Shown here one piece after another: positions 39,363-48,159 of a DNA stretch of 64,000 nucleotides. Below the pieces are notes generated by a model. The model was not told the origin of the DNA. It was given only the letters and a program-made list of their open reading frames with translations, and did no database searches. How positions within the stretch are numbered: position 1 is the first letter of the stretch; the number at the start of each line of letters is the position of its first letter. This stretch comes from a virus, in IMG/VR virus record IMGVR_UViG_3300032282_001564, positions 49,158 to 113,157 of that record. One strand, 5' to 3'. Made by a program: the position numbers and the translations under genes.

Positions 39363-39535
39363 TTATTGATTCTTTCCATTCTTGCTCTGCGGCATGCTTC
39401 TTTAACTTCAATTGGGTAGTCAGGACTGATTTCAGAAATGCTACAGTCATAGCGACGTACTTTGCTATCGTTGTCTAAAACACCGGATAACAAAATAACT
39501 ATAATAGCTATAGCAGTTGGTATTAAAAATCTCAT
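39359..39535 (-). CDS. Small membrane protein, absent from the ORF track
   Basis: MRFLIPTAIAIIVILLSGV...YDCSISEISPDYPIEVKEACRR; overlaps both neighbours by 4 nt. Confidence 0.65.
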   Translation of the reverse strand: MRFLIPTAIAIIVILLSGVLDNDSKVRRYDCSISEISPDYPIEVKEACRRARMERINK

Positions 39536-39702
39536 TTGTTTCTTAAAAAATAGTTAAATGCGGCAATAGCCCAGTACATTAACGCACCAACCCAATCGCC
39601 TTTTCCAAAATCGGCTAAGCCGGCCATAACCAAGAACCCAATTAGGAACCAAGTAATTTCAAAATAATTATATCTGTACCATGCAACAAATTTATCTAAC
39701 AT
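39532..39702 (-). CDS. Small membrane protein
   Basis: Two hydrophobic segments. Confidence 0.65.
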   Translation of the reverse strand: MLDKFVAWYRYNYFEITWFLIGFLVMAGLADFGKGDWVGALMYWAIAAFNYFLRNK

Positions 39703-39703
39703 T

Positions 39704-40699
39704 TTATTCCTTTTCCGGGTATGCGGCTTCAAGCCAGGTTACATATTGGTTAGCATAATCACTCATTTTAACCAAATCATATTTGCCACAAAACTTTAAG
39801 AACTGAGCACCAATCATTGGACGACTCAATGAGGTCGAACCTACTGTAATTGTTTCTTTAATCTTTGTTTTAATGTCTTCGGGTTGTGCAGTAAGATCAA
39901 CTAGCGTAACATTACGACTATAGTCATCTAAGACTTTGTGCTCCACACCATTGTGGTCAACCCAACGCTGTAACATTAGATTATTCCACGCAAAACCTTT
40001 TTTCTCGCGGTCCTCGAAAGCTTCGACGAGTCCCACTTTATTTTTACTTCCAACTTTCCTAACCCCCGGGAAGGCAGAAAAGATATTGTCGGTTGGATCC
40101 CCACGCATACACTTCTCGAATAAAATCCACTGAGGAGCCGGAATTGTTTTTGCCTCCTTAGTTTTTTTATCAATGACTGGCTTACCTTTTTTGTCAAAAA
40201 TACCTTGCGTAGTATGGAGCTCATCGCTAATTCCGTTATATTGATTTACATTTTCTGCTAGTAGCTGGTGAAAGTCTGTGTCGCTACTTACAATGGTGTG
40301 GTGATCCTGAGGGTGACTTTGGATCCATCCTGCCACCAAGTCATCTGCTTCCAACTCTGGGTGCTGGAGAACAGTACAATTTGTCTTTGTGCCGAGGAAC
40401 TCTTTGAGAGCGTCAAAAGTTTCCCAAAATAGTCGATCTTCTTCTTGCTCGCTTTCGGTAAGCGCCGCACGGGCAACTGCCCGGTTTGCTTTGTATGGTG
40501 CATAGTAATCCTTACGCCAGCTACGTCCCTCCAAACAGAAGATAACGTGGTCTGCTTGTTGATCTCTCCAGCACTTATTAACACTATTTAGTGTTACGTG
40601 GATAGCGAAACCCAAGCGATCCCAAGTATCAGCCTGACGATGTGCCGCATGACGGGCACGGAAGAAAGTATTAGCGGTGTCAACAATTAGATATCTCAT
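39704..40699 (-). CDS. rnh: T4 RNase H-like 5'-3' exonuclease (PIN/FEN fold)
   Basis: 'IVDTAN', 'WRKDYY..YKANR', 'EADD', 'SSDTDF', 'GDPTDNI'. Confidence 0.9.
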   Translation of the reverse strand: MRYLIVDTANTFFRARHAAHRQADTWDRLGFAIHVTLNSVNKCWRDQQADHVIFCLEGRSWRKDYYAPYKANRAVARAALTESEQEEDRLFWETFDALKEFLGTKTNCTVLQHPELEADDLVAGWIQSHPQDHHTIVSSDTDFHQLLAENVNQYNGISDELHTTQGIFDKKGKPVIDKKTKEAKTIPAPQWILFEKCMRGDPTDNIFSAFPGVRKVGSKNKVGLVEAFEDREKKGFAWNNLMLQRWVDHNGVEHKVLDDYSRNVTLVDLTAQPEDIKTKIKETITVGSTSLSRPMIGAQFLKFCGKYDLVKMSDYANQYVTWLEAAYPEKE

Positions 40700-40705
40700 G
40701 TAGTA

Positions 40706-40734
40706 ATAGTAGCATATTATTCATATATTGTCAA
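40706..40734 (-). promoter_or_regulatory. Sigma70 promoter giving a probably leaderless rnh mRNA
   Basis: TTGACA (40734-40729), 17 bp, TGcTACTAT (-10 at 40711-40706), 6 nt before the ATG; no SD. Confidence 0.75.
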
Positions 40735-41416
40735 ACATTTCGGTAGCCCAAGCCTGGTGCCCCGCTGTTAACGGATGTCCAGCGGAATCAAATTCAAAAT
40801 TATTTTTTCGACACCAATACTGCATAGTTGGTTTCATAAAATGGTTTTGGTTAATTTGGGTTAATTTGGTTTGTAAGTTTAAGTTAGCGTCCACTAACTT
40901 ATAGTCGAGTTGGTGCTCTTCGTACTGGTAATATTCGTGGTAATCTTTAAGTATTGGTGCAACCTCAATGTCGGTAAATGCATTAAAAAATAGATACTCA
41001 ATGCCTTTGGCTTGGCACACAGTTTGTAATGTAATAATGTAGGTTAATAAATTGTCTACAGAGAGATATGCGTTATGTAAGTATTTATAATAAAATTCAT
41101 GTAGTTTTTTTGGGTCCGGGTTACTAGTCAAAGGTTCATGGAATAATACGTCAGAATTAGTTACTCGAGCATACGTTCCATTTACTACAGGAAGTTCGTA
41201 ACGGCTAGTATCTGTCCACCCTATTGCAAGATATTTGGGAGTGTTGGTTGTAAGATATTCTAATGTAGTTCTAAAGATGCGTTGATTACTTGCACCACCT
41301 TGTGCTAGATTTACTACAGGTGTGTTGACTAATGCGCCAAGTTGATATGGCCAAGCATCTTCTAGTGTGGGTAAGTAATAGCCTTCAGTAAAGCTACATC
41401 CATTAGCCAATAACAT
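40721..41416 (-). CDS. SGNH hydrolase-like protein
   Basis: 'NGCSFTEG', 'GASNQRI', 'GHPLTAGH'. Confidence 0.7.
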   Translation of the reverse strand: MLLANGCSFTEGYYLPTLEDAWPYQLGALVNTPVVNLAQGGASNQRIFRTTLEYLTTNTPKYLAIGWTDTSRYELPVVNGTYARVTNSDVLFHEPLTSNPDPKKLHEFYYKYLHNAYLSVDNLLTYIITLQTVCQAKGIEYLFFNAFTDIEVAPILKDYHEYYQYEEHQLDYKLVDANLNLQTKLTQINQNHFMKPTMQYWCRKNNFEFDSAGHPLTAGHQAWATEMFDNI

Positions 41417-42128
41417 TTTGAACTAAAGGTAATAGGTAATCAGCCCAGGCTTCATGGCCGGCTGTGCCTAAATGATAACTAGTAGGTGTTGCTGTTGGAT
41501 ATCCGCGACCAGTTAGAAAATTATAATAAGTCATGGAATCGTTGTAAGGATCAATGTAACTGGTACCCCAATCTTGTACTTTGGCACCTAGATGTTGTAG
41601 ATTTTTAATGTTGGCAAAACTATGATAGGTACTAAAAAAGATATGTTTAACTTCTTGTTCTTCCAATTCTTTATGGAACTGGTATATAGTATCGTGTGCA
41701 GAAATAGTTTGTTGATTAATAACATTGGAGTCTGCTTGATTGATCACCCACTCTTTGTAGCGTGTTTCAAGTTCCTTGGGTACAGCATCATATCCGCTGG
41801 CAGTTACTTGATAATATGTACCATCGTGTAACCACTCTTCGCGTTCCCATGTAGCCCAACCTATGATAACAATATCAGGCTTGTCCATAGTTGCAAGATA
41901 ATCTCTAGTGGTACGAATGATACGACTATTGCTACTAGCAGATTCAGCATTGCAATGTAGTACAGCAAACAAGTGATTGGCTAACAAACATCCATAACTA
42001 ACACGTTCATTATCGGGATGAGGCTGCCGGCCAAGACCGTAGTACAAAGGATCATCTTCGGCAAAACAAAAGCTGTTTACTGCTTCAGCGCCAGCACTAT
42101 GACTGTCGCCATTTACATATACTATCAC
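41403..42128 (-). CDS. SGNH hydrolase-like protein
   Basis: 'NGDSHSAG', 'SSNSRI', 'YHLGTAGH'. Confidence 0.7.
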   Translation of the reverse strand: MIVYVNGDSHSAGAEAVNSFCFAEDDPLYYGLGRQPHPDNERVSYGCLLANHLFAVLHCNAESASSNSRIIRTTRDYLATMDKPDIVIIGWATWEREEWLHDGTYYQVTASGYDAVPKELETRYKEWVINQADSNVINQQTISAHDTIYQFHKELEEQEVKHIFFSTYHSFANIKNLQHLGAKVQDWGTSYIDPYNDSMTYYNFLTGRGYPTATPTSYHLGTAGHEAWADYLLPLVQNVIG

Positions 42129-42556
42129 GATACTTCGGTCTTCCCGTTACCAAGATCTCTACGTTGAATTTCACGAGGGCGTTCACCAATTGGTTGATTG
42201 GCTTCCCATTGCTCGTAATTTTCCGCTATAACATTTTTACAAACGTCTTGGAACCATTGATCAACCATGTCGCTATCAGTCTTGCCTTTGTAACCAGCAC
42301 GTACTAGATTAGTAATAAACTTATCGTTCCAATCTAATTCAAATGCGCCATTGCCAATGTTGTCTGGGTCTAGTTCTACTTGAACTACGCTAACCCAAGG
42401 TTCTCCTTTAGCGTCAGCAATTTGACGTGGAGTCATTCCTGTAAAGTCAATTTTCTTTGTGCGTGGTGTTTTTGCGGCTACTGCTTTTACAGGAGCCTTT
42501 TTAGCCACTGGCTTTTTTGCTACTGTTTTCTTTGCTACTGGCTTTTTAGTTGCCAT
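42125..42556 (-). CDS. Hypothetical protein with histone-like Lys/Ala/Pro N-terminus
   Basis: KKPVAKKTVAKKPVAKKAP repeats; 'GAFELDWNDKF'. Confidence 0.75.
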   Translation of the reverse strand: MATKKPVAKKTVAKKPVAKKAPVKAVAAKTPRTKKIDFTGMTPRQIADAKGEPWVSVVQVELDPDNIGNGAFELDWNDKFITNLVRAGYKGKTDSDMVDQWFQDVCKNVIAENYEQWEANQPIGERPREIQRRDLGNGKTEVS

Positions 42557-43034
42557 TGTCGTTCTCCTTAACTTCCATCCATGTATGGTCGCCCATATAT
42601 TTTACTTGAGTTATATACTCATAGTCAACCGGCGGACCGGAAGACCAATCCGCAGGGCCATTATGAGTTAAAATTGTTTTGTTTTTTCGTTGATCCCATA
42701 CCAACCAATAACACTTGCCCATTACTACTTGAAACTGATACTTGGCGGCATGTACTGCATCTGTTACTTCTAGCCTACGTTTAATATCGTGTGCTTGTTT
42801 TTGTAATACTGTAACCAATTCCATAATACGATCGTACTCTTGCTGGGCATACATCCTAGCATGATTGATCATTAGATCTTTTTGCTTAGTAACAGGAATT
42901 AGGTCAAACTTTGGTCCGCCCGATTCAGTAGGATAGGGACTAACATTCCTATTAAAGAAAGGAATTAGTTCACCAGTAGACGTAGAATCATAACTTAGCC
43001 TACCATCGGCTGAGTTAGACTTTTTCTCGGTCAT
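42546..43034 (-). CDS. DUF2452-like hypothetical protein
   Basis: 'PYPTESGGPKF', 'AKYQFQVVMG', 'DHTW'. Confidence 0.65.
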   Translation of the reverse strand: MTEKKSNSADGRLSYDSTSTGELIPFFNRNVSPYPTESGGPKFDLIPVTKQKDLMINHARMYAQQEYDRIMELVTVLQKQAHDIKRRLEVTDAVHAAKYQFQVVMGKCYWLVWDQRKNKTILTHNGPADWSSGPPVDYEYITQVKYMGDHTWMEVKENDNGN

Positions 43035-43384
43035 TTGATCCAGTGTTGTGCTAATACCATCAAGCTCAACCAAGCCCACATGGTGTTAAATCCTACTAAG
43101 GTTGGTAATGCTTTTTTACGACTAGCCCAAATAAGTGTTATGCTGGTTAACAATGTTAGATAATACAATTCCCAAATACTAATGCCAAAAATTAGTCCCG
43201 GAATAATAATGATAGCCTTGGCTACCCAACTAACAAACTCTACTGTATTATAGTTTGTCCAATATTCTCGTGTAAACAACATCATGTAGCATTCTCTGAT
43301 ATTGCGCCAGCCACTGTGCGTGTAACTGATTGCTATCAATACTGCCCATACGCCACATGCTAATAAAATTTGATTTGTTGTCAT
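43031..43384 (-). CDS. Membrane protein
   Basis: Several transmembrane segments. Confidence 0.7.
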   Translation of the reverse strand: MTTNQILLACGVWAVLIAISYTHSGWRNIRECYMMLFTREYWTNYNTVEFVSWVAKAIIIIPGLIFGISIWELYYLTLLTSITLIWASRKKALPTLVGFNTMWAWLSLMVLAQHWIK

Positions 43385-43614
43385 TTCTTTAAACTCCATA
43401 TTAAATGTTCAATTTTTTCATGATATCTAAACTCAAATACAGCCTCCCCAGGCCCATGATACATTGCTGTACCTTCGTATACTTGACGCAACCATAACCA
43501 ACGTCCTGTTATGGCACTACGTTTAGGACACCATAAAAATCGTAGTCGCCAAATGGCACGATCGTAAAAATAATCGTATGTTTCTACGCCGGGAATATAT
43601 CCAACTCCCATCAT
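43381..43614 (-). CDS. Hypothetical protein
   Basis: Coupled ORF. Confidence 0.6.
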   Translation of the reverse strand: MMGVGYIPGVETYDYFYDRAIWRLRFLWCPKRSAITGRWLWLRQVYEGTAMYHGPGEAVFEFRYHEKIEHLIWSLKK

Positions 43615-44465
43615 GTGCCCCACTCATTCTTAAACAATGGCACCTGTAGTCGATCACTGTAACGTAAACCATTACGCATGGCAATATCTGCTACTGAACG
43701 ATTATTCAAAGCATATACGCTTTCAACACCGCCTACTGGCATTAAGTATACGTGACCTTTAAAGCCGGCTTTACGATAAGCGGCAATAGCACATTCTGCA
43801 TCAGCAAAATCTTGTTCGGTTGCAATTACAAATTTCAAGTATGCTGTACCAACTTGTTCGTATTCACATACAACTTCTGGAAGGATAGCATCTTCCCACT
43901 TTTCACCACTACATGGAAGTTTGGCACTAACACTAAACGTTAATTCTTTCTGCTCACATCCATATGTCCAATAATTGTCGATTAAATATTGTTTAAATTC
44001 TTCTGTTAGTTTTTGGGTTCCATTTGTTTCAAATGTAATTTCTTTAAGACCTTGCATTTTAGGATGACTTAACAAGTCTGGATAAGCACGTTGCCAACCT
44101 AACAAAGGCTCACCACCGGTAATAACCAAGTGTTCATCTTCCCAGTGATTGTGTGGCAGTATCTCCATAATACGATCTACGATTGCATCACTAGTAAGCA
44201 TTGGACTTAAATCTTTAAATGCAGGATGCCAACTTGCATAGCTATCACAACCTGTGCTAACTAGTGGCAAGTCTTCATACTTATTAAACATATGAGCAAC
44301 TTCGGCAATGTCTTCTGCTTCTCCACTTAGTTCACCACGTGGCATACCAAAGCCTGCACATTTAAAGTTACATCCAAATGTACGTAAGAACACACTTGGT
44401 ACACCCATGTAACGTCCTTCGCCTTGTATGCTGTAGAATAATTCTGCTATTTTGATTTTACTCAT
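43611..44465 (-). CDS. queE: 7-carboxy-7-deazaguanine synthase (radical SAM)
   Basis: 'ELFYSIQGEG..GVPSVFLRTFGCNFKC', third Cys after an insert ('GCDS'), 'ITGGEP', 'ETNG', 'RLQ'. Confidence 0.93.
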   Translation of the reverse strand: MSKIKIAELFYSIQGEGRYMGVPSVFLRTFGCNFKCAGFGMPRGELSGEAEDIAEVAHMFNKYEDLPLVSTGCDSYASWHPAFKDLSPMLTSDAIVDRIMEILPHNHWEDEHLVITGGEPLLGWQRAYPDLLSHPKMQGLKEITFETNGTQKLTEEFKQYLIDNYWTYGCEQKELTFSVSAKLPCSGEKWEDAILPEVVCEYEQVGTAYLKFVIATEQDFADAECAIAAYRKAGFKGHVYLMPVGGVESVYALNNRSVADIAMRNGLRYSDRLQVPLFKNEWGT

Positions 44466-44727
44466 AGATTTTTGACCATTGTTTAAGTTTCTCTTGTTTA
44501 GCTCTAGCGGCTTCTTCTAACCTGTCGGCATTTAAAATACCGCGGTCTACTAGAATATCGACTAGTGCAAGCACATCGCCAATTTCCATTTCTAGCATAG
44601 TGCTATGTTTAAGGTTAGTTTTGTAGTGTAGACTATCTAGACCAAATCGTCTACACTTACTAACTTCTTGAATAACTTCTGCACATTCTTCTTGCAGAAT
44701 ATCTAGAGCTTCTTGGATACGATCCAT
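44458..44727 (-). CDS. MazG-like nucleotide pyrophosphohydrolase
   Basis: 'QEECAEV' and 'EIGDVL' (EExxE...ExxD). Confidence 0.75.
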   Translation of the reverse strand: MDRIQEALDILQEECAEVIQEVSKCRRFGLDSLHYKTNLKHSTMLEMEIGDVLALVDILVDRGILNADRLEEAARAKQEKLKQWSKIYE

Positions 44728-45056
44728 TAGTGGTTCCTTTTACCGTCAAACACACAAACAAAATAAAGATCCACAGCGCCTGTATTATGTACACGATGGA
44801 ATACACCATCTTTGATTAATACAACATCGCCGGGCCCAACTTTGAAACGATCGCTGTCAAGTTCCATTTCGCCAGTGCCCCAAATAAATTGGTACACTTC
44901 TTCTTGACCAGCATGACTATGTCCGCTAGTACTCATACCTCTGTGTAAGGTAGTTGAACTAACAACTAGGTTTTTTAATTCTTTATTGTCTTTAACAGTA
45001 TAGCGTTCGTCTTGTTTAACGATTTCGCCACCTACATCGTATCCACCAAATTTCAT
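44727..45056 (-). CDS. Cupin domain protein
   Basis: 'GHSHAGQEEVY', 'GDVVLI..GVFHRVHN'; ATG at 45056. Confidence 0.85.
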   Translation of the reverse strand: MKFGGYDVGGEIVKQDERYTVKDNKELKNLVVSSTTLHRGMSTSGHSHAGQEEVYQFIWGTGEMELDSDRFKVGPGDVVLIKDGVFHRVHNTGAVDLYFVCVFDGKRNH

Positions 45057-45057
45057 A

Positions 45058-45507
45058 TCATCCTTCGTATATAGCTGAGTTAGCACCGTGTTCTGCACAT
45101 TCTACCCTTACGCAATAACAACGGTTATTAGTCTTTTCTCGAATCAATTGATTGGCAAAGTTGAAAGCGTGTTCAGCAAACTTCTCTGCACCCACACCAT
45201 CAAAGATTCGTATCTCTGCTAAGTCTAGTGTTTCTAATTCACGAAACTTGGCCAAATGTGGATCTTGTCGATCCAACGCCAACTTGTGATCAAAGTTATC
45301 TTCTAACCATGCTTTGAGCAGTTTAAGTCCGCCAAAGTCTACTGCCCAGTTCTTGTTGTCTAATGTATCACACCCAAATGTGAATGTGAATGCTAGACTG
45401 TAACCGTGTAGCAAATGACAGTGACTATGGTCAGCATTGGGTTGACGGAATACAGCACTTAGCCCAATGTTGTGTCCATAGTGTTTTGTTGAATAAAATT
45501 TTGCCAT
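45058..45507 (-). CDS. queD: 6-carboxy-5,6,7,8-tetrahydropterin synthase
   Basis: 'CHLLHGY', 'VDFG', 'FDH', 'GAEKFA', 'EHGANSAIY'. Confidence 0.9.
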   Translation of the reverse strand: MAKFYSTKHYGHNIGLSAVFRQPNADHSHCHLLHGYSLAFTFTFGCDTLDNKNWAVDFGGLKLLKAWLEDNFDHKLALDRQDPHLAKFRELETLDLAEIRIFDGVGAEKFAEHAFNFANQLIREKTNNRCYCVRVECAEHGANSAIYEG

Positions 45508-45590
45508 TGTAATTCTCCTATGTTATTATAGCATAGGCCTGCAGAATTTGTATAGCGGGATGAATGCCAGAAAGGCCGCTGTTTGTGGGG
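45508..45590 (-). ncRNA. Candidate riboswitch (preQ1-I-like H-type pseudoknot plus SD-sequestering hairpin) in the queD leader
   Basis: RNA AGCGG-CCUUUCUGGCAUUCAUC-CCGCU-AUACAAAUUC-UGCAGG-CCUAUG...CAUAGG-AG...AUG. Confidence 0.55.
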
Positions 45591-45596
45591 ATAATA

Positions 45597-45752
45597 CTAT
45601 TTAGTATCATCCTGTTTTGTTTTTACTTCTTCTACTCGTTTTTCTTTGTAGACCGGTTCGGGCAAGTATGGAGTGATAACATAGTAGTTAGCACCATACC
45701 AACCGATGGCTGAAAAGAAACCTACTACAGTCCAAGTAGCAATTAATATCAT
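45597..45752 (-). CDS. Small membrane protein, absent from the ORF track
   Basis: MILIATWTVVGFFSAIGWYGANYYVI..., 51 aa, coupled to the upstream stop. Confidence 0.6.
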   Translation of the reverse strand: MILIATWTVVGFFSAIGWYGANYYVITPYLPEPVYKEKRVEEVKTKQDDTK

Positions 45753-46126
45753 TTTTTTTTCCTTTGAAATTCTAGATGAAATTTTAGTGCCGCACCACAG
45801 GAAAATTGTTCGCCTTTTTTAAACCGTAGTCCATTTAATTGAAATGGTTTTAGTACACGATCGCCATTCCACCAACTGCGTTGACATTCAATGTAGCCCA
45901 GTTCTTCTAACTGATTGCGTAAGGCTTTAAACTCTGGGCCGTCGTCACTGCCAGTTGAACTCCAGTTGCCAATACCCTTGAGTGCGTTAACAAGATCGTC
46001 GTCGGTAACAACGTCTTTGTTTAAATAGGAATTATACTCTTTATGTATAGTTAGATGCCACTCCAGTGTTTCATCTAGGTAAAACTGTTTTAACGCCACC
46101 ACTCCTCCCAAGGAAACACACACCAA
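45749..46126 (-). CDS. Hypothetical protein (start uncertain)
   Basis: 'LRNQLEELGYI...WWNGDRVLKPF'. Confidence 0.65.
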   Translation of the reverse strand: MVCVSLGGVVALKQFYLDETLEWHLTIHKEYNSYLNKDVVTDDDLVNALKGIGNWSSTGSDDGPEFKALRNQLEELGYIECQRSWWNGDRVLKPFQLNGLRFKKGEQFSCGAALKFHLEFQRKKK

Positions 46127-46641
46127 ATAGGTTCTTCCATCTTGTTGATGCTTAAACCTACATAGTCCACATCTTTAAAATCGCTGGCTTCGTTGTTGAT
46201 CAATACAGCAAAGCGAACATTGTTGCCAAATACCTCGTCCCAAGCCGGATCATCGGGCAGGCAACCACTGCGCCAATCTTCTTGGATCCAGTTCAATGTA
46301 GAACCAGTGTCATTGATATCGTCAACAATTAGGATATTTTTCTTGAATGCTGGATCAGATCTGCCAGCGTTTTCAATAACAGTAAGATCTTTGGGCACAT
46401 AGCCAAACGCTTCTTCGGCCATCCATAGATTGCTTTCTGGGCCAATTTCGCTGTCACGCAAACTTACATTAAGCGTCTGCATTGGAATATTCATGTAGTG
46501 ACTCAGCATAGTAGCAGGAACCAATCCGCCACGTGTTAGTCCCACAATATAGTCTGGACGCCATTGATCTTCGGCCATACCACGGATAATATCGTGCATC
46601 CAGGCCCGAACAGTTGAATCTTTGTAATATACTTTAGACAT
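46090..46641 (-). CDS. Purine phosphoribosyltransferase (Gpt/Hpt-like)
   Basis: 'GLTRGGLVPA', PRPP loop 'ILIVDDINDTGST', 'WCVFPWE'. Confidence 0.9.
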   Translation of the reverse strand: MSKVYYKDSTVRAWMHDIIRGMAEDQWRPDYIVGLTRGGLVPATMLSHYMNIPMQTLNVSLRDSEIGPESNLWMAEEAFGYVPKDLTVIENAGRSDPAFKKNILIVDDINDTGSTLNWIQEDWRSGCLPDDPAWDEVFGNNVRFAVLINNEASDFKDVDYVGLSINKMEEPIWCVFPWEEWWR

Positions 46642-46957
46642 AATCTTCTGCTTCTTTCAGGTTGTGTGATTGAATTTGGTCCATGAACTTAATTAAAAAC
46701 ATACTTGCTACGCTGGCATCAGCACCATCAAAACGGATCATTGTAAGATTGGTGCCGTCCTTGGTCACGTAGCTAGTTTTTGCTTTACCATATTGTACTT
46801 GATTTATAATATGTTCGCGACCTCTCCAGTCATACTCTTTAACCGATGTGGCTCGACCGCCAATCAAGTTAAACCATTCTCCCATTTCGTTTGTAAGTTC
46901 TGGAACCATAAAACGGATTTCATAGCCTCTCTTGCAACCAGGGGGTAAAGGAATCAT
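46634..46957 (-). CDS. Hypothetical protein
   Basis: 107-aa ORF. Confidence 0.65.
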   Translation of the reverse strand: MIPLPPGCKRGYEIRFMVPELTNEMGEWFNLIGGRATSVKEYDWRGREHIINQVQYGKAKTSYVTKDGTNLTMIRFDGADASVASMFLIKFMDQIQSHNLKEAEDYV

Positions 46958-47039
46958 CGTACAAGGTGGTGCATTTGGTAGTAAATAAAAGCAACTAGAA
47001 CAAGAGCTGAAATAGTTAGTCCAACAATTTCGGATGTTT

Positions 47040-47504
47040 TCATTTTACTGCCCTTTCTTGAAGATATTGTTTGTGTTGTACCCACTTAGTTGATTCGTTA
47101 CTGCCTTTTAAGAAACCCCACTCACGTACATGAGGCCCAGGAAAAAACAAAGTCCAAGGAGTTACCCCAGGCTTGAGTTCAATGCGATGAAAGCTATTAG
47201 GACGACATACCCTAAAATGTCCGGGCCCACGCCACATGCGATACTCGCCAAACTTTTCACCCAAAGTGTTAATTTTTGGAATCCACTCATAATAACCTCC
47301 AGACAGAATTAAAGTGCAATAGCCCCAAGGATGATCATGTACATCATCGGGATCGGATTTAAGAAATTTATGTAAGAATGCATTAAATGGAAACCATGTG
47401 CGTTCTTTTAAGAAAATGTAGTAGCGTTCAAGATATGGTTCGTTGTCAATACGATCCATAATGATACGTTTACGTCCCATTTGTTCTAATAGCTTTAACA
47501 GCAT
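47040..47504 (-). CDS. Cupin-like hypothetical protein
   Basis: 'HKFLKSDPDDVHDHPW', 'GGYYE', 'HRIEL', 'EWGF'. Confidence 0.7.
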   Translation of the reverse strand: MLLKLLEQMGRKRIIMDRIDNEPYLERYYIFLKERTWFPFNAFLHKFLKSDPDDVHDHPWGYCTLILSGGYYEWIPKINTLGEKFGEYRMWRGPGHFRVCRPNSFHRIELKPGVTPWTLFFPGPHVREWGFLKGSNESTKWVQHKQYLQERAVK

Positions 47505-47506
47505 TT

Positions 47507-47860
47507 TTATTCCTTGGTAAGAGTTAATACAACGGAAAGTTGTTCAGCCGCTTTTTTGTACTGTGCTAGAGCATCAGCTATAGTTACATTTTCTTTAGCA
47601 CGAGCTTCAAGCTCTCGGTCAGTTCGCATTTTATCTAAAGCCCAATTAATAGCATCTTCGGCTACGGGACTTAATCTAACATCAACATAGTTAGTCATAA
47701 TGCGTTGCCATACATTGCCATCAAATACTTCTAAGTCTTGGCCAGTGTATCTAACTTGCCCTGTAGCAGGATTAACACTGGACAAATTAACGTAAATAGA
47801 TCCTGGTTGCCCACCATTGACTTGAACATACTGACTTGAAGAACTAATACCTTTGATCAT
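47507..47860 (-). CDS. Hypothetical protein
   Basis: 117-aa ORF. Confidence 0.7.
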   Translation of the reverse strand: MIKGISSSSQYVQVNGGQPGSIYVNLSSVNPATGQVRYTGQDLEVFDGNVWQRIMTNYVDVRLSPVAEDAINWALDKMRTDRELEARAKENVTIADALAQYKKAAEQLSVVLTLTKE

Positions 47861-48159
47861 GACCGCAGTATTTCCATGCTAACAATTTGACCAATGCGTT
47901 CAGCAACTGGTTCACCGTCGGGAATTAAATGAGTGTGAGATGTATGTCTATCAGTTTTGTGATCGTAATTTGTCATTTGTACAACAACACCGCCATGGCA
48001 TGCCATAACTTTAAACGATAAGCCTTCAACATTAACACTATTGTCTCGCATAACTCGACTAGGTACAGCACAATCCTCACCAATGGTAAGGCTGTTACGA
48101 ATGTTCCGATTGTAGTCCCAACCCCATTTTAGAATAAAAGACCAAATTAATCTAATCAT
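47857..48159 (-). CDS. Hypothetical protein
   Basis: 100-aa ORF. Confidence 0.7.
   Translation of the reverse strand: MIRLIWSFILKWGWDYNRNIRNSLTIGEDCAVPSRVMRDNSVNVEGLSFKVMACHGGVVVQMTNYDHKTDRHTSHTHLIPDGEPVAERIGQIVSMEILRS

Noticed and set aside
42480-42555. Short tandem DNA repeat
   Set aside because: Explained by the Lys/Ala/Pro-rich coding repeat (KKPVAKK).
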